Part shown: positions 1 through 8,965 of the stretch, piece by piece | Numbering within the stretch: position 1 is the first letter of the stretch | Layout of the letters: each line of letters opens with the position of its first letter | Assembly (NCBI GenBank): GCA_963711765.1 | Contig: CAVQFC010000003.1 | Coordinates: 548,860-612,859 of the forward strand | Length of the DNA stretch: 64,000 bases | Direction of reading: 5' to 3' | DNA from: an uncultured Acidobacteriota bacterium | GTDB taxonomy: Bacteria > Acidobacteriota > Vicinamibacteria > Vicinamibacterales > CAVVIG01 | Translations under genes and position numbers: made by a program | Notes under the pieces: generated by a model | The model's input: only the letters and a program-made list of their open reading frames with translations | Told to the model about the DNA's origin: nothing | Databases searched by the model: none

Positions 1-489
1 CGCCTGCAGCCACGGCTTGTTGACCATCGGGCACGTCGCCACCTTGATGCCGTCGGGCGGCGTCAGGTGCAGTCCGGTCATGTAGGTGTCAATCGCTTCG
101 CTGAGCGCGCCGAACTTGTCACGGACGGCGCTGATGTCCGGCGGCGCGGCCTCGGACGCCGCAGCGAGCTGCAGGGCGGCGCCATCGATCTTCATCGCCG
201 GCGCGCCGAGCGAGGTCGCCGCGGTCACGATGTTGCCGGCATTGGCGTGAATGCCTTCGGTGCTGTCGTCGGCGAGCGCGGCCTGAATCTTGAGATACGG
301 ATCGATGATGGCGCGCGTCATTTGCGTCCCGGCGGCCGGCGTCTTGTCGGTCTGCGGCGCGGGCGCGCACGCGCCAGCGAGCATCGCGGCACACGTGATC
401 GCCAGCCCCCAGCTGCGAGTGCCGACGCTCTTCGAAAGCCCCCAGGCCCTGATCCCCAGCCCCTTCGTTGCGAACTGTGTCTGCATCAT
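1..489 (-). CDS. DUF3347-like lipoprotein (3' end runs off the window)
   Basis: Manual translation from ATG 489, which overlaps the Mrp stop (ATGA): MMQTQF...AAMLAGAC-APAPQ...IIDPYLKIQAALADD...KFGALSEA...VATCPMVNKPWLQA. Shows a lipobox-like LAGAC and the YLKIQ.AL / CPM..KPWLQ pattern. Confidence 0.7.
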   Translation of the reverse strand, partial: MMQTQFATKGLGIRAWGLSKSVGTRSWGLAITCAAMLAGACAPAPQTDKTPAAGTQMTRAIIDPYLKIQAALADDSTEGIHANAGNIVTAATSLGAPAMKIDGAALQLAAASEAAPPDISAVRDKFGALSEAIDTYMTGLHLTPPDGIKVATCPMVNKPWLQA

Positions 490-1565
490 TTCACCAGTGT
501 CAGCTGAATGGTTGGCCGGTTGAAGCTGGCAATCGACACTTGCGCGGCGGCCCGCTCCGCCGCAGCCATGAAGGCACGGCCAGCCGGTGATTCAGGCTCG
601 CTGATCATCAGCGGAACGCCGCTGTCGCTGCCTTCGCGGATCGGCTGGTAGATCGGCAAACGCCCGATGAACGGAATCCCGAGGTCGGTCGCCATCTGCT
701 CACCGCCGCCGTGGCCGAAGATGTCGGCTTCGTGGTGGCACTCGGGGCAGGCGAAGTAGCTCATGTTCTCGATGATGCCGAGCGTCGGGATGTTGAGTTT
801 CTTGTACATCGCGACCGCGCGCCGTGTGTCGGCGAGCGAGACCTGCTGCGGCGTGGTGACCACGACCGCGCCCGCCACCGGAACCGTCTGGCTCAGGCTC
901 AGGACGACATCGCCGGTGCCCGGCGGCAAATCGACCACCAGGTAGTCGAGATTGGACCACGCCACTTCGCGGAAGAACTGCTGCAGCGCGCCGTGCAGCA
1001 TCGGTCCGCGCCAGATGATCGGCGCGTCGTCGCCGGTCAGAAAACCCATCGAGATGACCTGGAGTCCGTATTTCTCGGCCGGCACGATCTTCTGGCCGTC
1101 GGTCGTCAGCTGCGTCTTCAGGCCGAGCATGATCGGCACGTTCGGCCCGTAGATGTCGGCGTCGATGATGCCGACGCGGCCGCCCGACCTGGCGAGCGCG
1201 AGCGCGAGATTCACCGCCACCGTCGTCTTGCCGACGCCGCCCTTGCCGGCGCCCACCGCGATGACATTCTTGACGCCAGGGACCATCTGACGCGTGCCGT
1301 CGGAGCCGACCGCTTCGCGAACCCGCGCGCTCATCTGGACATCAACCGACGTGACACCCGCGAGTTGCTGCACCGCGGCGCGCGCCTGATCGCGCATCTG
1401 ATCCTTGACCGGACAGGCCGGCGTGGTCAGCTCGATGGTGAACGCGACGCGGCCGCCGTCGATCTTCAGATCCTTGATGAAGCCGAGCGTGACGATGTCG
1501 CGCTGCAGATCGGGGTCGCGGACGACCTTCAGCGCGTCGAGAACGGAGGCCTGCTCAACCGGCAT
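486..1565 (-). CDS. apbC: Mrp/ApbC/NBP35 Fe-S cluster carrier ATPase with N-terminal DUF59 domain
   Basis: N-terminal DPDLQRDIV..LTTPACP; GKGGVGKTT; DADIYGPN; WRGPM; DLPPGTGD; ENMS-CPEC. Confidence 0.93.
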   Translation of the reverse strand: MPVEQASVLDALKVVRDPDLQRDIVTLGFIKDLKIDGGRVAFTIELTTPACPVKDQMRDQARAAVQQLAGVTSVDVQMSARVREAVGSDGTRQMVPGVKNVIAVGAGKGGVGKTTVAVNLALALARSGGRVGIIDADIYGPNVPIMLGLKTQLTTDGQKIVPAEKYGLQVISMGFLTGDDAPIIWRGPMLHGALQQFFREVAWSNLDYLVVDLPPGTGDVVLSLSQTVPVAGAVVVTTPQQVSLADTRRAVAMYKKLNIPTLGIIENMSYFACPECHHEADIFGHGGGEQMATDLGIPFIGRLPIYQPIREGSDSGVPLMISEPESPAGRAFMAAAERAAAQVSIASFNRPTIQLTLVK

Positions 1566-1575
1566 ATGGTCAAGA

Positions 1576-1962
1576 TTAGCGTACAGTTCCCGGATCGAAG
1601 AGTGCCTTGCCTTTTTCGTGCAGCAGCACGTACAGCGCGTAGATGCCGAGCGCGGTTCCGTACGGGAGCAGCACCAGATCCACAGAGCCGAGCGTCAACG
1701 CGACCAGCCGGGACCAGGGACGGTAGCGCCGGAGCGGCACACCGACGGCGACGTGGGCCGCGCCCCAGAGAATCGCGATGATCGCCAATGTCGTGAAGAC
1801 GAAGGCGGTCAGGCCGGCCCCGAACTGGCTGCCGCCGCCCCGCGACGACGCAATCAGCGCGAGCGCGCCGACGCCGAGCGCCAGCGTCGATGCCCCGACG
1901 AGAATGGTCAGCAGGCCCCACAGAATGAAGAGCATGCCGAGAAAGTCGACCTGGGAGAGCAC
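1576..1962 (-). CDS. Small integral membrane protein
   Basis: Three to four hydrophobic segments, LPYGTALGIY motif; probable GTG start at 1962. Confidence 0.7.
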   Translation of the reverse strand: MLSQVDFLGMLFILWGLLTILVGASTLALGVGALALIASSRGGGSQFGAGLTAFVFTTLAIIAILWGAAHVAVGVPLRRYRPWSRLVALTLGSVDLVLLPYGTALGIYALYVLLHEKGKALFDPGTVR

Positions 1963-2017
1963 GGAAATGATCGCTGATTGCTGAAGTATCGACGATGGCT
2001 GCCGACTGCTGACTGTT

Positions 2018-2419
2018 TTACGTCGTCGACGAACGGATGGCGACGCGCATCTCCACCCGCACCGACGTTGCGTCAGGCGACTTGAGCCGGAAGCGCACGC
2101 ACGCGCCGTCGACGATGCCGGGCGGTACCGGCACGCGGACGGCCTGGTGCATGGTCGACGCGCCGGTTGCGTGGCAGAGGTGGCACCGTTCGGTCCAGGT
2201 TTCGCCCCGGCCGCCACAGTTGGGGCAGGTAATCCGGACCGGCACGCTCAGCGACACCACGTGGCCATCAAACGCTTCCCGCTGCGATAACGACACGTCG
2301 GCGTGCAACACATCCGCGTCCAGGCACTCGCCGAGAAACGCGTTCCGCATGCGATCGACGACACGTTCGACCGAAGGAAAGTCGATCGCAATCTCGTCCG
2401 CAAAACATTCGTACATCAT
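2018..2419 (-). CDS. DnaJ zinc-finger/C-terminal-like protein without a J domain
   Basis: CPNCGGRG...CHLCHATG followed by V.VPPGIVDG; no HPD motif; ATG at 2419 lies downstream of a promoter-like sequence. Confidence 0.75.
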   Translation of the reverse strand: MMYECFADEIAIDFPSVERVVDRMRNAFLGECLDADVLHADVSLSQREAFDGHVVSLSVPVRITCPNCGGRGETWTERCHLCHATGASTMHQAVRVPVPPGIVDGACVRFRLKSPDATSVRVEMRVAIRSSTT

Positions 2420-2432
2420 CGAAGGTCCGTTA

Positions 2433-2483
2433 ACGATAGGAGCCGATCCCGCGCTTGTCAAGGCAACCTCCGGGTGTTACCTT
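2433..2483. promoter_or_regulatory. Overlapping divergent sigma70-like promoters
   Basis: Minus strand: TTGACA (2461-2456), 17 nt, TATCGT (2438-2433). Plus strand: TTGTCA (2455-2460), 17 nt, TACCTT (2478-2483) with an extended TGn. Confidence 0.55.
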
Positions 2484-2494
2484 CACCACGATAG

Positions 2495-2665
2495 ATGCCC
2501 GCAACAAAGGAATGTCCGATGTGCAACGGATCGATGGTGCTGCACGGCGCAGTCGTGGTGACCGTTCGTGTGCCGGGCAACGTCGAAGACACGACACGTC
2601 CAGCACCCGAATGGGTGTGTCCCGACTGCGACTATTTTGAAGACGCGGAAGAAAAAGAAAGGTAG
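2495..2665 (+). CDS. 56-aa zinc-ribbon protein (not in the ORF track)
   Basis: MPATKECPMCNGSMVLHG...PEWVCPDCDYFEDAEEKER*; two CxxC pairs. Confidence 0.7.
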   Translation: MPATKECPMCNGSMVLHGAVVVTVRVPGNVEDTTRPAPEWVCPDCDYFEDAEEKER

Positions 2666-2681
2666 AGACCGGGCGCCCGCG

Positions 2682-2903
2682 TCAGCGCGCGCCGATGGTC
2701 AGCAGGACTTCCTTGCGGAGCGTGTCCTCGAACTCTTCGAACTTGAGCGCGGACTCGCACTCGTCGCACAGCACTTCGAGCACCGCCGGCCGGCTCTCTT
2801 CCGAGACTTCCACGCGGCCGCCTTCGACATTTACAACGTGCATCTGCAGCGTTTTGACCAGAAAGTTCCGGTCGTTGCCGCAATTCGGACAGGTCAACGT
2901 CAC
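2682..2903 (-). CDS. 73-aa zinc-ribbon protein
   Basis: CPNC...CDEC; TAAGGAG Shine-Dalgarno upstream of GTG. Confidence 0.75.
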   Translation of the reverse strand: MTLTCPNCGNDRNFLVKTLQMHVVNVEGGRVEVSEESRPAVLEVLCDECESALKFEEFEDTLRKEVLLTIGAR

Positions 2904-3020
2904 TTAAGACTCCTTAGCCTTTCGATTCTATGAAATGGTCGGGGCCGACGCAACGTAAATCCGCCCAAAATAAGCAGATCTTCGCGAAAGCCCGCCAAAT
3001 CTGGTAGATTCACAACCGAT

Positions 3021-3197
3021 ATGCCGACCCCGTCCGGAACCTATCAAGTCCATACCGAAGCGCGCGGCCCGCACTGGATCGCCTGGATCAGCCGGGATGG
3101 CAGCGGCAAGCCGGAACGATCGGTGGTGCTGGTGGCCGAAAACCGCGAAAAGGCCGAAGCACGGGCGCGGCAGTGGGCCGAGCAGTCATCCTATTAG
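3021..3197 (+). CDS. 58-aa hypothetical protein (not in the ORF track)
   Basis: MPTPSGTYQVHTEARGPHWIAWISRDGSGKPERSVVLVAENREKAEARARQWAEQSSY*; fills the intergenic gap; TAGATT upstream. Confidence 0.6.
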   Translation: MPTPSGTYQVHTEARGPHWIAWISRDGSGKPERSVVLVAENREKAEARARQWAEQSSY

Positions 3198-3240
3198 ACC
3201 CTTCCCTGCGTCCCGGCGGTGCGTGGTTTCAACCAATTCC

Positions 3241-6075
3241 TCAGGATAGCGCGGCGAAATCATCAATCGGCGATGTCCCGACCGGCGCGATCCGGATGCG
3301 GCAGCGCTCGGGAGGATCAGAGCCGCCCACGGTTTCGCCAGCCGCCGTCACAAACCTGGTCCTGACGCCACTCGGCAGGACTTCGCCGAGACTTCCCCGG
3401 CCCATCCGGCATTGTCCGTCCTTGACCGTCGCCGACAGGTACAGCCGATCCCGTGCCCGCGTCAGCGCGACGTAGAGCAGGCGCTTCGACTCCTCGCGAT
3501 CGCGGGCCGACGCGTCCTCGTCCGCCTCTGACTGGTAGTCCGCGATCGCCACCGCCGCCTCTCCGGCCGCATCGTCGTTGACGCGGATCGGCGCGCGGAT
3601 GCCGCCGGTGCCGCGGCCCATATTGACGACGAACACGATCGGAAACTCGAGACCCTTGGCGGCGTGCACCGTCATCAGGCTGACCGCGTCCACGGCGTCG
3701 ATGGCAGCGTTCGATTCGTCGCCGACCGCCAGTCGTTCGAGGTGATCGGCGATTCTCGCCAGCGTCGGATAGCCGTGATTCTGCGCGCGCCGGATCATGC
3801 CGCGCAGCTTCTTGAGATTCTCCCGCGCCTGAGCCCGGCGTGATCCGCGAATCTCATACGCATACGCGGTATCGCGCAGGACCGTGTCGAGCAGCTCGGA
3901 CGGCGCCAGGCGATCGACACACGCCAGCCAGAGCGGCGCCGACGCGCGCAGCTGATCGAGAACGCGTCGATCCTCCTCGGCGAGCACGTCGAGTAGCGGC
4001 GAAGGCTCGGCGTCGAGAATCGCGTGTGCCGCGCCCGACCCCAGCGTAGCAACGCCGTGATCCGAAAGCCGGACCAGGCGGGACCTCAGCAGCGTCGCGG
4101 CGCGCAGATTCGAAAGCGGATCGGCGAGATAACGCAGCACGGCGACCGCGTCCTGGATTTCGTCGGCGTCAAAGAATCCAAGCCCTTTGTAGACATAGGT
4201 CGCGACGCCGCGCCGGTCGAGCGCGGCTTCGAAGTCGCGGTGGCTGTCGCGCGAGCGGAACAGGATCGCGATGTCCGCTGGCCGCGCCTCGCGATGGAGA
4301 CCAGTGACGCGATCGCGAACCACCGTACCGTTCAACAGTCCCACGATCTCAGCGGCAACGCGATCCGCAGCGGCCTGAACGGTGTCGTCGACCAGAAACC
4401 GCACGGGATCGGGGTCCGGCTGAAGCCGGACACTACCGGAATCGAGATTCGAGTCAGTCGCGGGCGTATCGTCCGGCTTCAGCCGGACCGGAAATCGATC
4501 CTGATCGCCGTAGCGGAATGCGTCGCGCCGGATGGCGACCGCCGTTTCGGTCTCGACGATGGCGCGAAACACTTCGTTTACGAAGGCGAGGATTCCCGGC
4601 GCCGATCGGAAACTGACCGTAATCGCCTGCGGCGGCAGACCGTCCGGGCGCAGCGCCTTGATGAATCCAGCCGCATCGTCCACGACCGCGACGTCGGCGT
4701 CGCGAAAGCCGTAGATCGACTGCTTGCGGTCGCCGACGATGAAGATTGACGGCGGGATCGCGTCGGCCGCGGCGCCCAATCCCTCGCCCCAGCTCTTGAC
4801 CAGCTGGCGCACCAGTTCCCATTGCGCACGGCTCGTATCCTGGAACTCGTCCACCAGCACGTGACGATGACGCGCCTCGAGCCGGAGACGGCTCTCGGCG
4901 AATTCGTCCATCTCTTTCAGCAGCTGGACCGCACGTTCGAGCACGCCCGAAAAGTCGAGCAGGGCGTGCGCATCCAGGGTGTGCCGGTATTGGCGGAGGG
5001 CGACCGCGAAGATCTTCCACACGCCGCGCGACATCACGGCGTTGAGATCGCGCCGGAAGTCCTTGACCGCGCGCGCCACCAGCGGCGCCAGCCGGAACGC
5101 GTCCGCGCGATGACGCTTCCAGGCATCCGGGCCGTCGCAGTCGGCCGCGGTGAACCCGGTGCCGGCGAAGTTCTGTCCGCGCGGCTTGCCCTCCTGGGTC
5201 AGAAAATAGGCACGAAGGCGATCGACCAGTGCGCGAAACGACGCTTGATCGTCCGCTGTCGCTCCAGCCGCGCGCACGAGGCGTCGAAGATCGTCCGCGA
5301 GCATCCCGAACTGCGGACGGTGGATTGGGCCGTCGTTCAGAAACGTCTCGAGGCCGCCGCGCGCGTCAGAAAACAGCGTACGAAGTGCCGCAGCCGCCGA
5401 TTCGCAGGCGCCGGCCGCGGTCAGATCGCGCGGTCCTTTCTGGAGAAATCGCCGCAGCGCGTGCGGCGCCACCAGCCGGCGATCGAGGAGCGCGCCAATC
5501 CCGGCGCGGAGGCGGCGCTCGCCCAGCTGGGCGAACACCAGGGCCACGTCTTCGTCGTCGCGGGCCGCCGCGCGGCTGATCCGAAACGCCTTGTCGAGCG
5601 ATTCGCCGACCAGGCGCGGGACTTCGGTCGCGTCCGCCAGATCGAAACCCGGATCGACGTCGGCTTCGAGGGGAAACTCGCGCAGCAGCGACAGACAGAA
5701 CGCATCGATCGTCGAGACGGCGATGTCACCCAGCCGTTCCTTGAGATCGCGCCAGCGGCCGGCGTCGAATTGCGACAGGCGGCTCGCCTCCTTGAGCCGC
5801 TCGATGATCCGCTGCCGCATCTCGGCGGCGGCTTTACGCGTGAAGGTGATCGCCAGGATGTGATCGGGCTCCACGCCGGCCCGCAGCAGGTTGACATAAC
5901 GCTCGACGAGCACGCGGGTTTTGCCGGTTCCGGCGGAGGCTTCGAGGATGACGTTGTGCGACGGATCGACCGCCAGACGCCGCGCATCGGCATCGGGGAG
6001 GACAATCTCTTCGGTCGTGTCCGGCTTCAGCCGGACGATCGGGTCGTCGTCAAACGGCAACATCGGATCAGACAT
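3241..6075 (-). CDS. addA: UvrD/AddA-like ATP-dependent helicase
   Basis: EASAGTGKT, ITFTRKAAAEM, VLVDEFQDT, VGDRKQSIYGFR, MTVHAAKGLEF, RLLYVALTRA; start overlaps the addB stop. Confidence 0.88.
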   Translation of the reverse strand: MSDPMLPFDDDPIVRLKPDTTEEIVLPDADARRLAVDPSHNVILEASAGTGKTRVLVERYVNLLRAGVEPDHILAITFTRKAAAEMRQRIIERLKEASRLSQFDAGRWRDLKERLGDIAVSTIDAFCLSLLREFPLEADVDPGFDLADATEVPRLVGESLDKAFRISRAAARDDEDVALVFAQLGERRLRAGIGALLDRRLVAPHALRRFLQKGPRDLTAAGACESAAAALRTLFSDARGGLETFLNDGPIHRPQFGMLADDLRRLVRAAGATADDQASFRALVDRLRAYFLTQEGKPRGQNFAGTGFTAADCDGPDAWKRHRADAFRLAPLVARAVKDFRRDLNAVMSRGVWKIFAVALRQYRHTLDAHALLDFSGVLERAVQLLKEMDEFAESRLRLEARHRHVLVDEFQDTSRAQWELVRQLVKSWGEGLGAAADAIPPSIFIVGDRKQSIYGFRDADVAVVDDAAGFIKALRPDGLPPQAITVSFRSAPGILAFVNEVFRAIVETETAVAIRRDAFRYGDQDRFPVRLKPDDTPATDSNLDSGSVRLQPDPDPVRFLVDDTVQAAADRVAAEIVGLLNGTVVRDRVTGLHREARPADIAILFRSRDSHRDFEAALDRRGVATYVYKGLGFFDADEIQDAVAVLRYLADPLSNLRAATLLRSRLVRLSDHGVATLGSGAAHAILDAEPSPLLDVLAEEDRRVLDQLRASAPLWLACVDRLAPSELLDTVLRDTAYAYEIRGSRRAQARENLKKLRGMIRRAQNHGYPTLARIADHLERLAVGDESNAAIDAVDAVSLMTVHAAKGLEFPIVFVVNMGRGTGGIRAPIRVNDDAAGEAAVAIADYQSEADEDASARDREESKRLLYVALTRARDRLYLSATVKDGQCRMGRGSLGEVLPSGVRTRFVTAAGETVGGSDPPERCRIRIAPVGTSPIDDFAALS
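4414..4488. repeat. Inverted pair of REP-like palindromes inside the addA CDS
   Basis: GTCCGGCTGAAGCCGGACACTAC (4414-4436) and GTCCGGCTTCAGCCGGAC (4471-4488). Confidence 0.8.
6014..6036. repeat. REP-like palindrome inside the addA N-terminus
   Basis: GTCGTGTCCGGCTTCAGCCGGAC, encoding VRLKPDTT. Confidence 0.75.
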
Positions 6076-8965
6076 CGCCGACATAATCCTTGCGGCACAC
6101 GGACGCAAAACTACACGTCTCGCAGCGCCACACATCGTCGGGCGTCGGCGGGAACTCACCTCGCTCGATCGCGTCAACCGTGGCAGCGAGACGTTCCTGC
6201 GCCTCGGCCAGGACCTTTGCCTGCTCGGCCGGCGACGAGAACAGCGGCACGACCCGCTTCGGGCCCTTGAACGCAAGGTACGCGGCCTCGCCCAGCACCC
6301 AGCTTCGCCCGTGATAGGAGGCGAGACTTTGTTCGGCGCAGATGCTGTAAATCGGCAACTGCAGCGCGCGGGCACGAGCGGGGGGCCAGCCGAGCTTGTA
6401 GTCGATCAAGCGAAACGTGCCATCCGCCAGTAGATCGAGCCGATCGGCCTTGCCGCGAATCGCCACGGTGCGCGGCCGGTCAGCCGTCATGATCGTGAAG
6501 TCGCCCTTCAACGAGTGTTCGAGCAGACGTTCGACGACAGCGACCGGCCGTTCGGCTTCCATCCGGAACACCGCTTCGCCCAGACCGGCTGCCGCGGGCG
6601 AGCCGAGCAGCCTGGTCCGCTCCAGACCCGCCTCCGCCGCCGGCAAACGCTCGAGTGCCCGATCGACGACGCTCGTGAACATTTCCCGCGCCGTATCGAG
6701 ATTCGCCGGCGTGATGCCGCGGTGGCCGGCGCTCTGCCACGCGGCGAAAAACGATTCGAAGACGCCGTGCACGAACTGCCCCTGACGTCGTGGGTCCATG
6801 ACTTCTTCGTCGTCCGGCTCTTCTTCGAGCCTCAGGACGTGCTGCGCGAAGAACTTGAACGGACAGTCAAGGTAGGTCTCAAGCGCGCTGACCGACCAGG
6901 CGCGGGCGGTGGCGCCGTGCACGGTCCCATGGAATTGAGGCGAATCAGCCGGGGACCGCGCCGTTCTGAGGCTCGCCCAGCTTCCGGCCTCGCCGTCGAG
7001 CGGCGCGAGCGTCAACGGATCGAGCGAAAGCGCTTCATCGACGAACACCCGGGCCGGCTCGTCAGTCTGGCGTGCAATCGCGCTGAGTTCGGCCCTGGGA
7101 ATCTCGTCGAGCTGGATGGCCCTCGTGACCAGCGCGTCTTCGTCGAGCGTGAACGTGGAGACGATCGTGCGGTGCGCGGCCGATGCCAGCAGGTCGAGAA
7201 ACGACGCGTCCGCGCCGGCGCGGCGATCTTTTTCCGAAGGCCAGCCAAGCGACTTGAGCAGCGTCGGCGGATAAAAGATGTTTCGGCGCGGGCGCTCGGG
7301 CCATTCCGGTTCAACCGTGCCGACGATCGTCACCTCGTCGAAATCGCCGTATCGCGCGGCCTGATCGTCCACGAGCTGAATCCCGCGAGCCGACGACTCC
7401 AGCTCGAAGGTCTGCCCCTCGATCGCGCGTCGAACCGCGATCCCGAGGTCATCGATCGTCCATTCGCGATCGTCATGGGCCGCATGGACCGCGGCAAGGG
7501 TGCTCAATGTCTCGGCGATGGCGGCGCGCGCGCGAAGATCGCGCGCCGCCAGTGGGTCGTTTTCCGCGAGCGGACGCAGCCGCCGCATCCAGAACTCGAG
7601 CAGACCCTCGAGCTGTTGCGACGCGGGGCGTCTTTCGGTCAACGGCGCCAGCTCGGTGGCGATCGCCACAGCCGCCGAGAGCGCGGGTCGCGACGCAGCC
7701 TCGCTCCATTCCGCGACCCGACCGATGAGACGATCGCGATCGCCGAGATAGCGCGCCTTGCTCAGCGCCCGATCGAGTGCGCCGACCGACTCGCGCGTCA
7801 CCGCGGCGCCCCCCTCGTCGAACACAAAATGCGGGGAACGCAACAGTCCGATCAACGATCCGCGCGTGAAGTCTGAGGCGACGACCTCGAGCACCAGATC
7901 GAGTGCACCGGCGGTCGGCTCCGCGGCTAACGGAAGAGCATCCGATGTGTCATACGAAATGCCCGCGGCGCCAAACACCTCGGTCGCAAGGTAGAGATAC
8001 GGCAGCGGGTTCTTGAACACGACCGCCGTACGTTCGGGAGGCGTCGTTTCACCCCTCCGCCGATCCGCCTTCAGGCGCCGCGCGATTGCGACGAGCTCTT
8101 CCTCACGGTCCCGAAACGTCCACCACGGCTCGTCGGGAGGCGCAGCCGGCGGCGTCACCAGCATCGGCCTGGACCGCAACGCCGGCGTCGGTTTGATTTC
8201 GTCCAGGCCGGGCCACCAGTTGTGCAACCGTTCGTGAAGCCCCGATCCCAGCATCGCTTCGGTGGCGACGATGTCGAGCCGCGCAAGTCCGGGAATTCGC
8301 GTCAGGAGATCGAAGTCGGCGACAAAGAGACCCTGGTCGTCGGCAATCCAGTCGGCAACCGTAACCACGACGTGCCGGATCGGGGTCGCTGCTGACTCAT
8401 CGATCAGACGCTGGCGAAGCGTATGTTCGTCGCAGCCGCCGGACGACTGGACGCGCCGCTCGTAGTCGCGAAACGCCTCGGCCAGGAAGCGCGTCTGCCG
8501 GCGCATGCGCTCGGCCGCGCGATCCAGATCGTCAGACCCGAGCGCCATCGCGATCAGCTCCTCGAAGCGCGTGACCTGCTGCGACTGGCGGCGGAGCTGA
8601 TCGTAGAAGCGCAGCATCTCGGCGACGAGGCCTGGACGAAGCCTGAAGGTTTGCTCGGTGGTCGCGGCCGCGGCCGCGCGGGCGGCGGCCTGCGCCATCA
8701 CCTCACGCTCGAGCGAACCGAGCCGGCGAGGAGGATCCGCCAGGCGGCCGTGCAGGACGTCGTAGAGTTCGTCGCGCGTGACGAGCGCCGGGCCGTCGAG
8801 AGAACGGCGAAGCTGTTTCGCGGCGCTGGTGGTGGGCACCACCACCACTTCGTCGCCCGAAGGAGCGGGAGAGCGTCCTGCCACGGAGCAAAGCTCCGCG
8901 ATGGCGTGGCGAAAGGCGTGCAGATTGGGGACGCGGACGAGCTGCGTCCGGCGCGGCGTAATCAC
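6068..8965 (-). CDS. addB: AddB-like PD-(D/E)XK nuclease with Fe-S staple cysteines
   Basis: SVSALETYLDCPFKFF, RGKADRLD, LIDYKLG, QLPIY, C-terminal CETCSFASVC. Confidence 0.85.
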   Translation of the reverse strand: MITPRRTQLVRVPNLHAFRHAIAELCSVAGRSPAPSGDEVVVVPTTSAAKQLRRSLDGPALVTRDELYDVLHGRLADPPRRLGSLEREVMAQAAARAAAAATTEQTFRLRPGLVAEMLRFYDQLRRQSQQVTRFEELIAMALGSDDLDRAAERMRRQTRFLAEAFRDYERRVQSSGGCDEHTLRQRLIDESAATPIRHVVVTVADWIADDQGLFVADFDLLTRIPGLARLDIVATEAMLGSGLHERLHNWWPGLDEIKPTPALRSRPMLVTPPAAPPDEPWWTFRDREEELVAIARRLKADRRRGETTPPERTAVVFKNPLPYLYLATEVFGAAGISYDTSDALPLAAEPTAGALDLVLEVVASDFTRGSLIGLLRSPHFVFDEGGAAVTRESVGALDRALSKARYLGDRDRLIGRVAEWSEAASRPALSAAVAIATELAPLTERRPASQQLEGLLEFWMRRLRPLAENDPLAARDLRARAAIAETLSTLAAVHAAHDDREWTIDDLGIAVRRAIEGQTFELESSARGIQLVDDQAARYGDFDEVTIVGTVEPEWPERPRRNIFYPPTLLKSLGWPSEKDRRAGADASFLDLLASAAHRTIVSTFTLDEDALVTRAIQLDEIPRAELSAIARQTDEPARVFVDEALSLDPLTLAPLDGEAGSWASLRTARSPADSPQFHGTVHGATARAWSVSALETYLDCPFKFFAQHVLRLEEEPDDEEVMDPRRQGQFVHGVFESFFAAWQSAGHRGITPANLDTAREMFTSVVDRALERLPAAEAGLERTRLLGSPAAAGLGEAVFRMEAERPVAVVERLLEHSLKGDFTIMTADRPRTVAIRGKADRLDLLADGTFRLIDYKLGWPPARARALQLPIYSICAEQSLASYHGRSWVLGEAAYLAFKGPKRVVPLFSSPAEQAKVLAEAQERLAATVDAIERGEFPPTPDDVWRCETCSFASVCRKDYVGDV

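Noticed and set aside
6076-6375. N-terminal extension of addA given by the ORF track
   Set aside because: It overlaps the addB nuclease coding region; ATG 6075 gives a typical short overlap.
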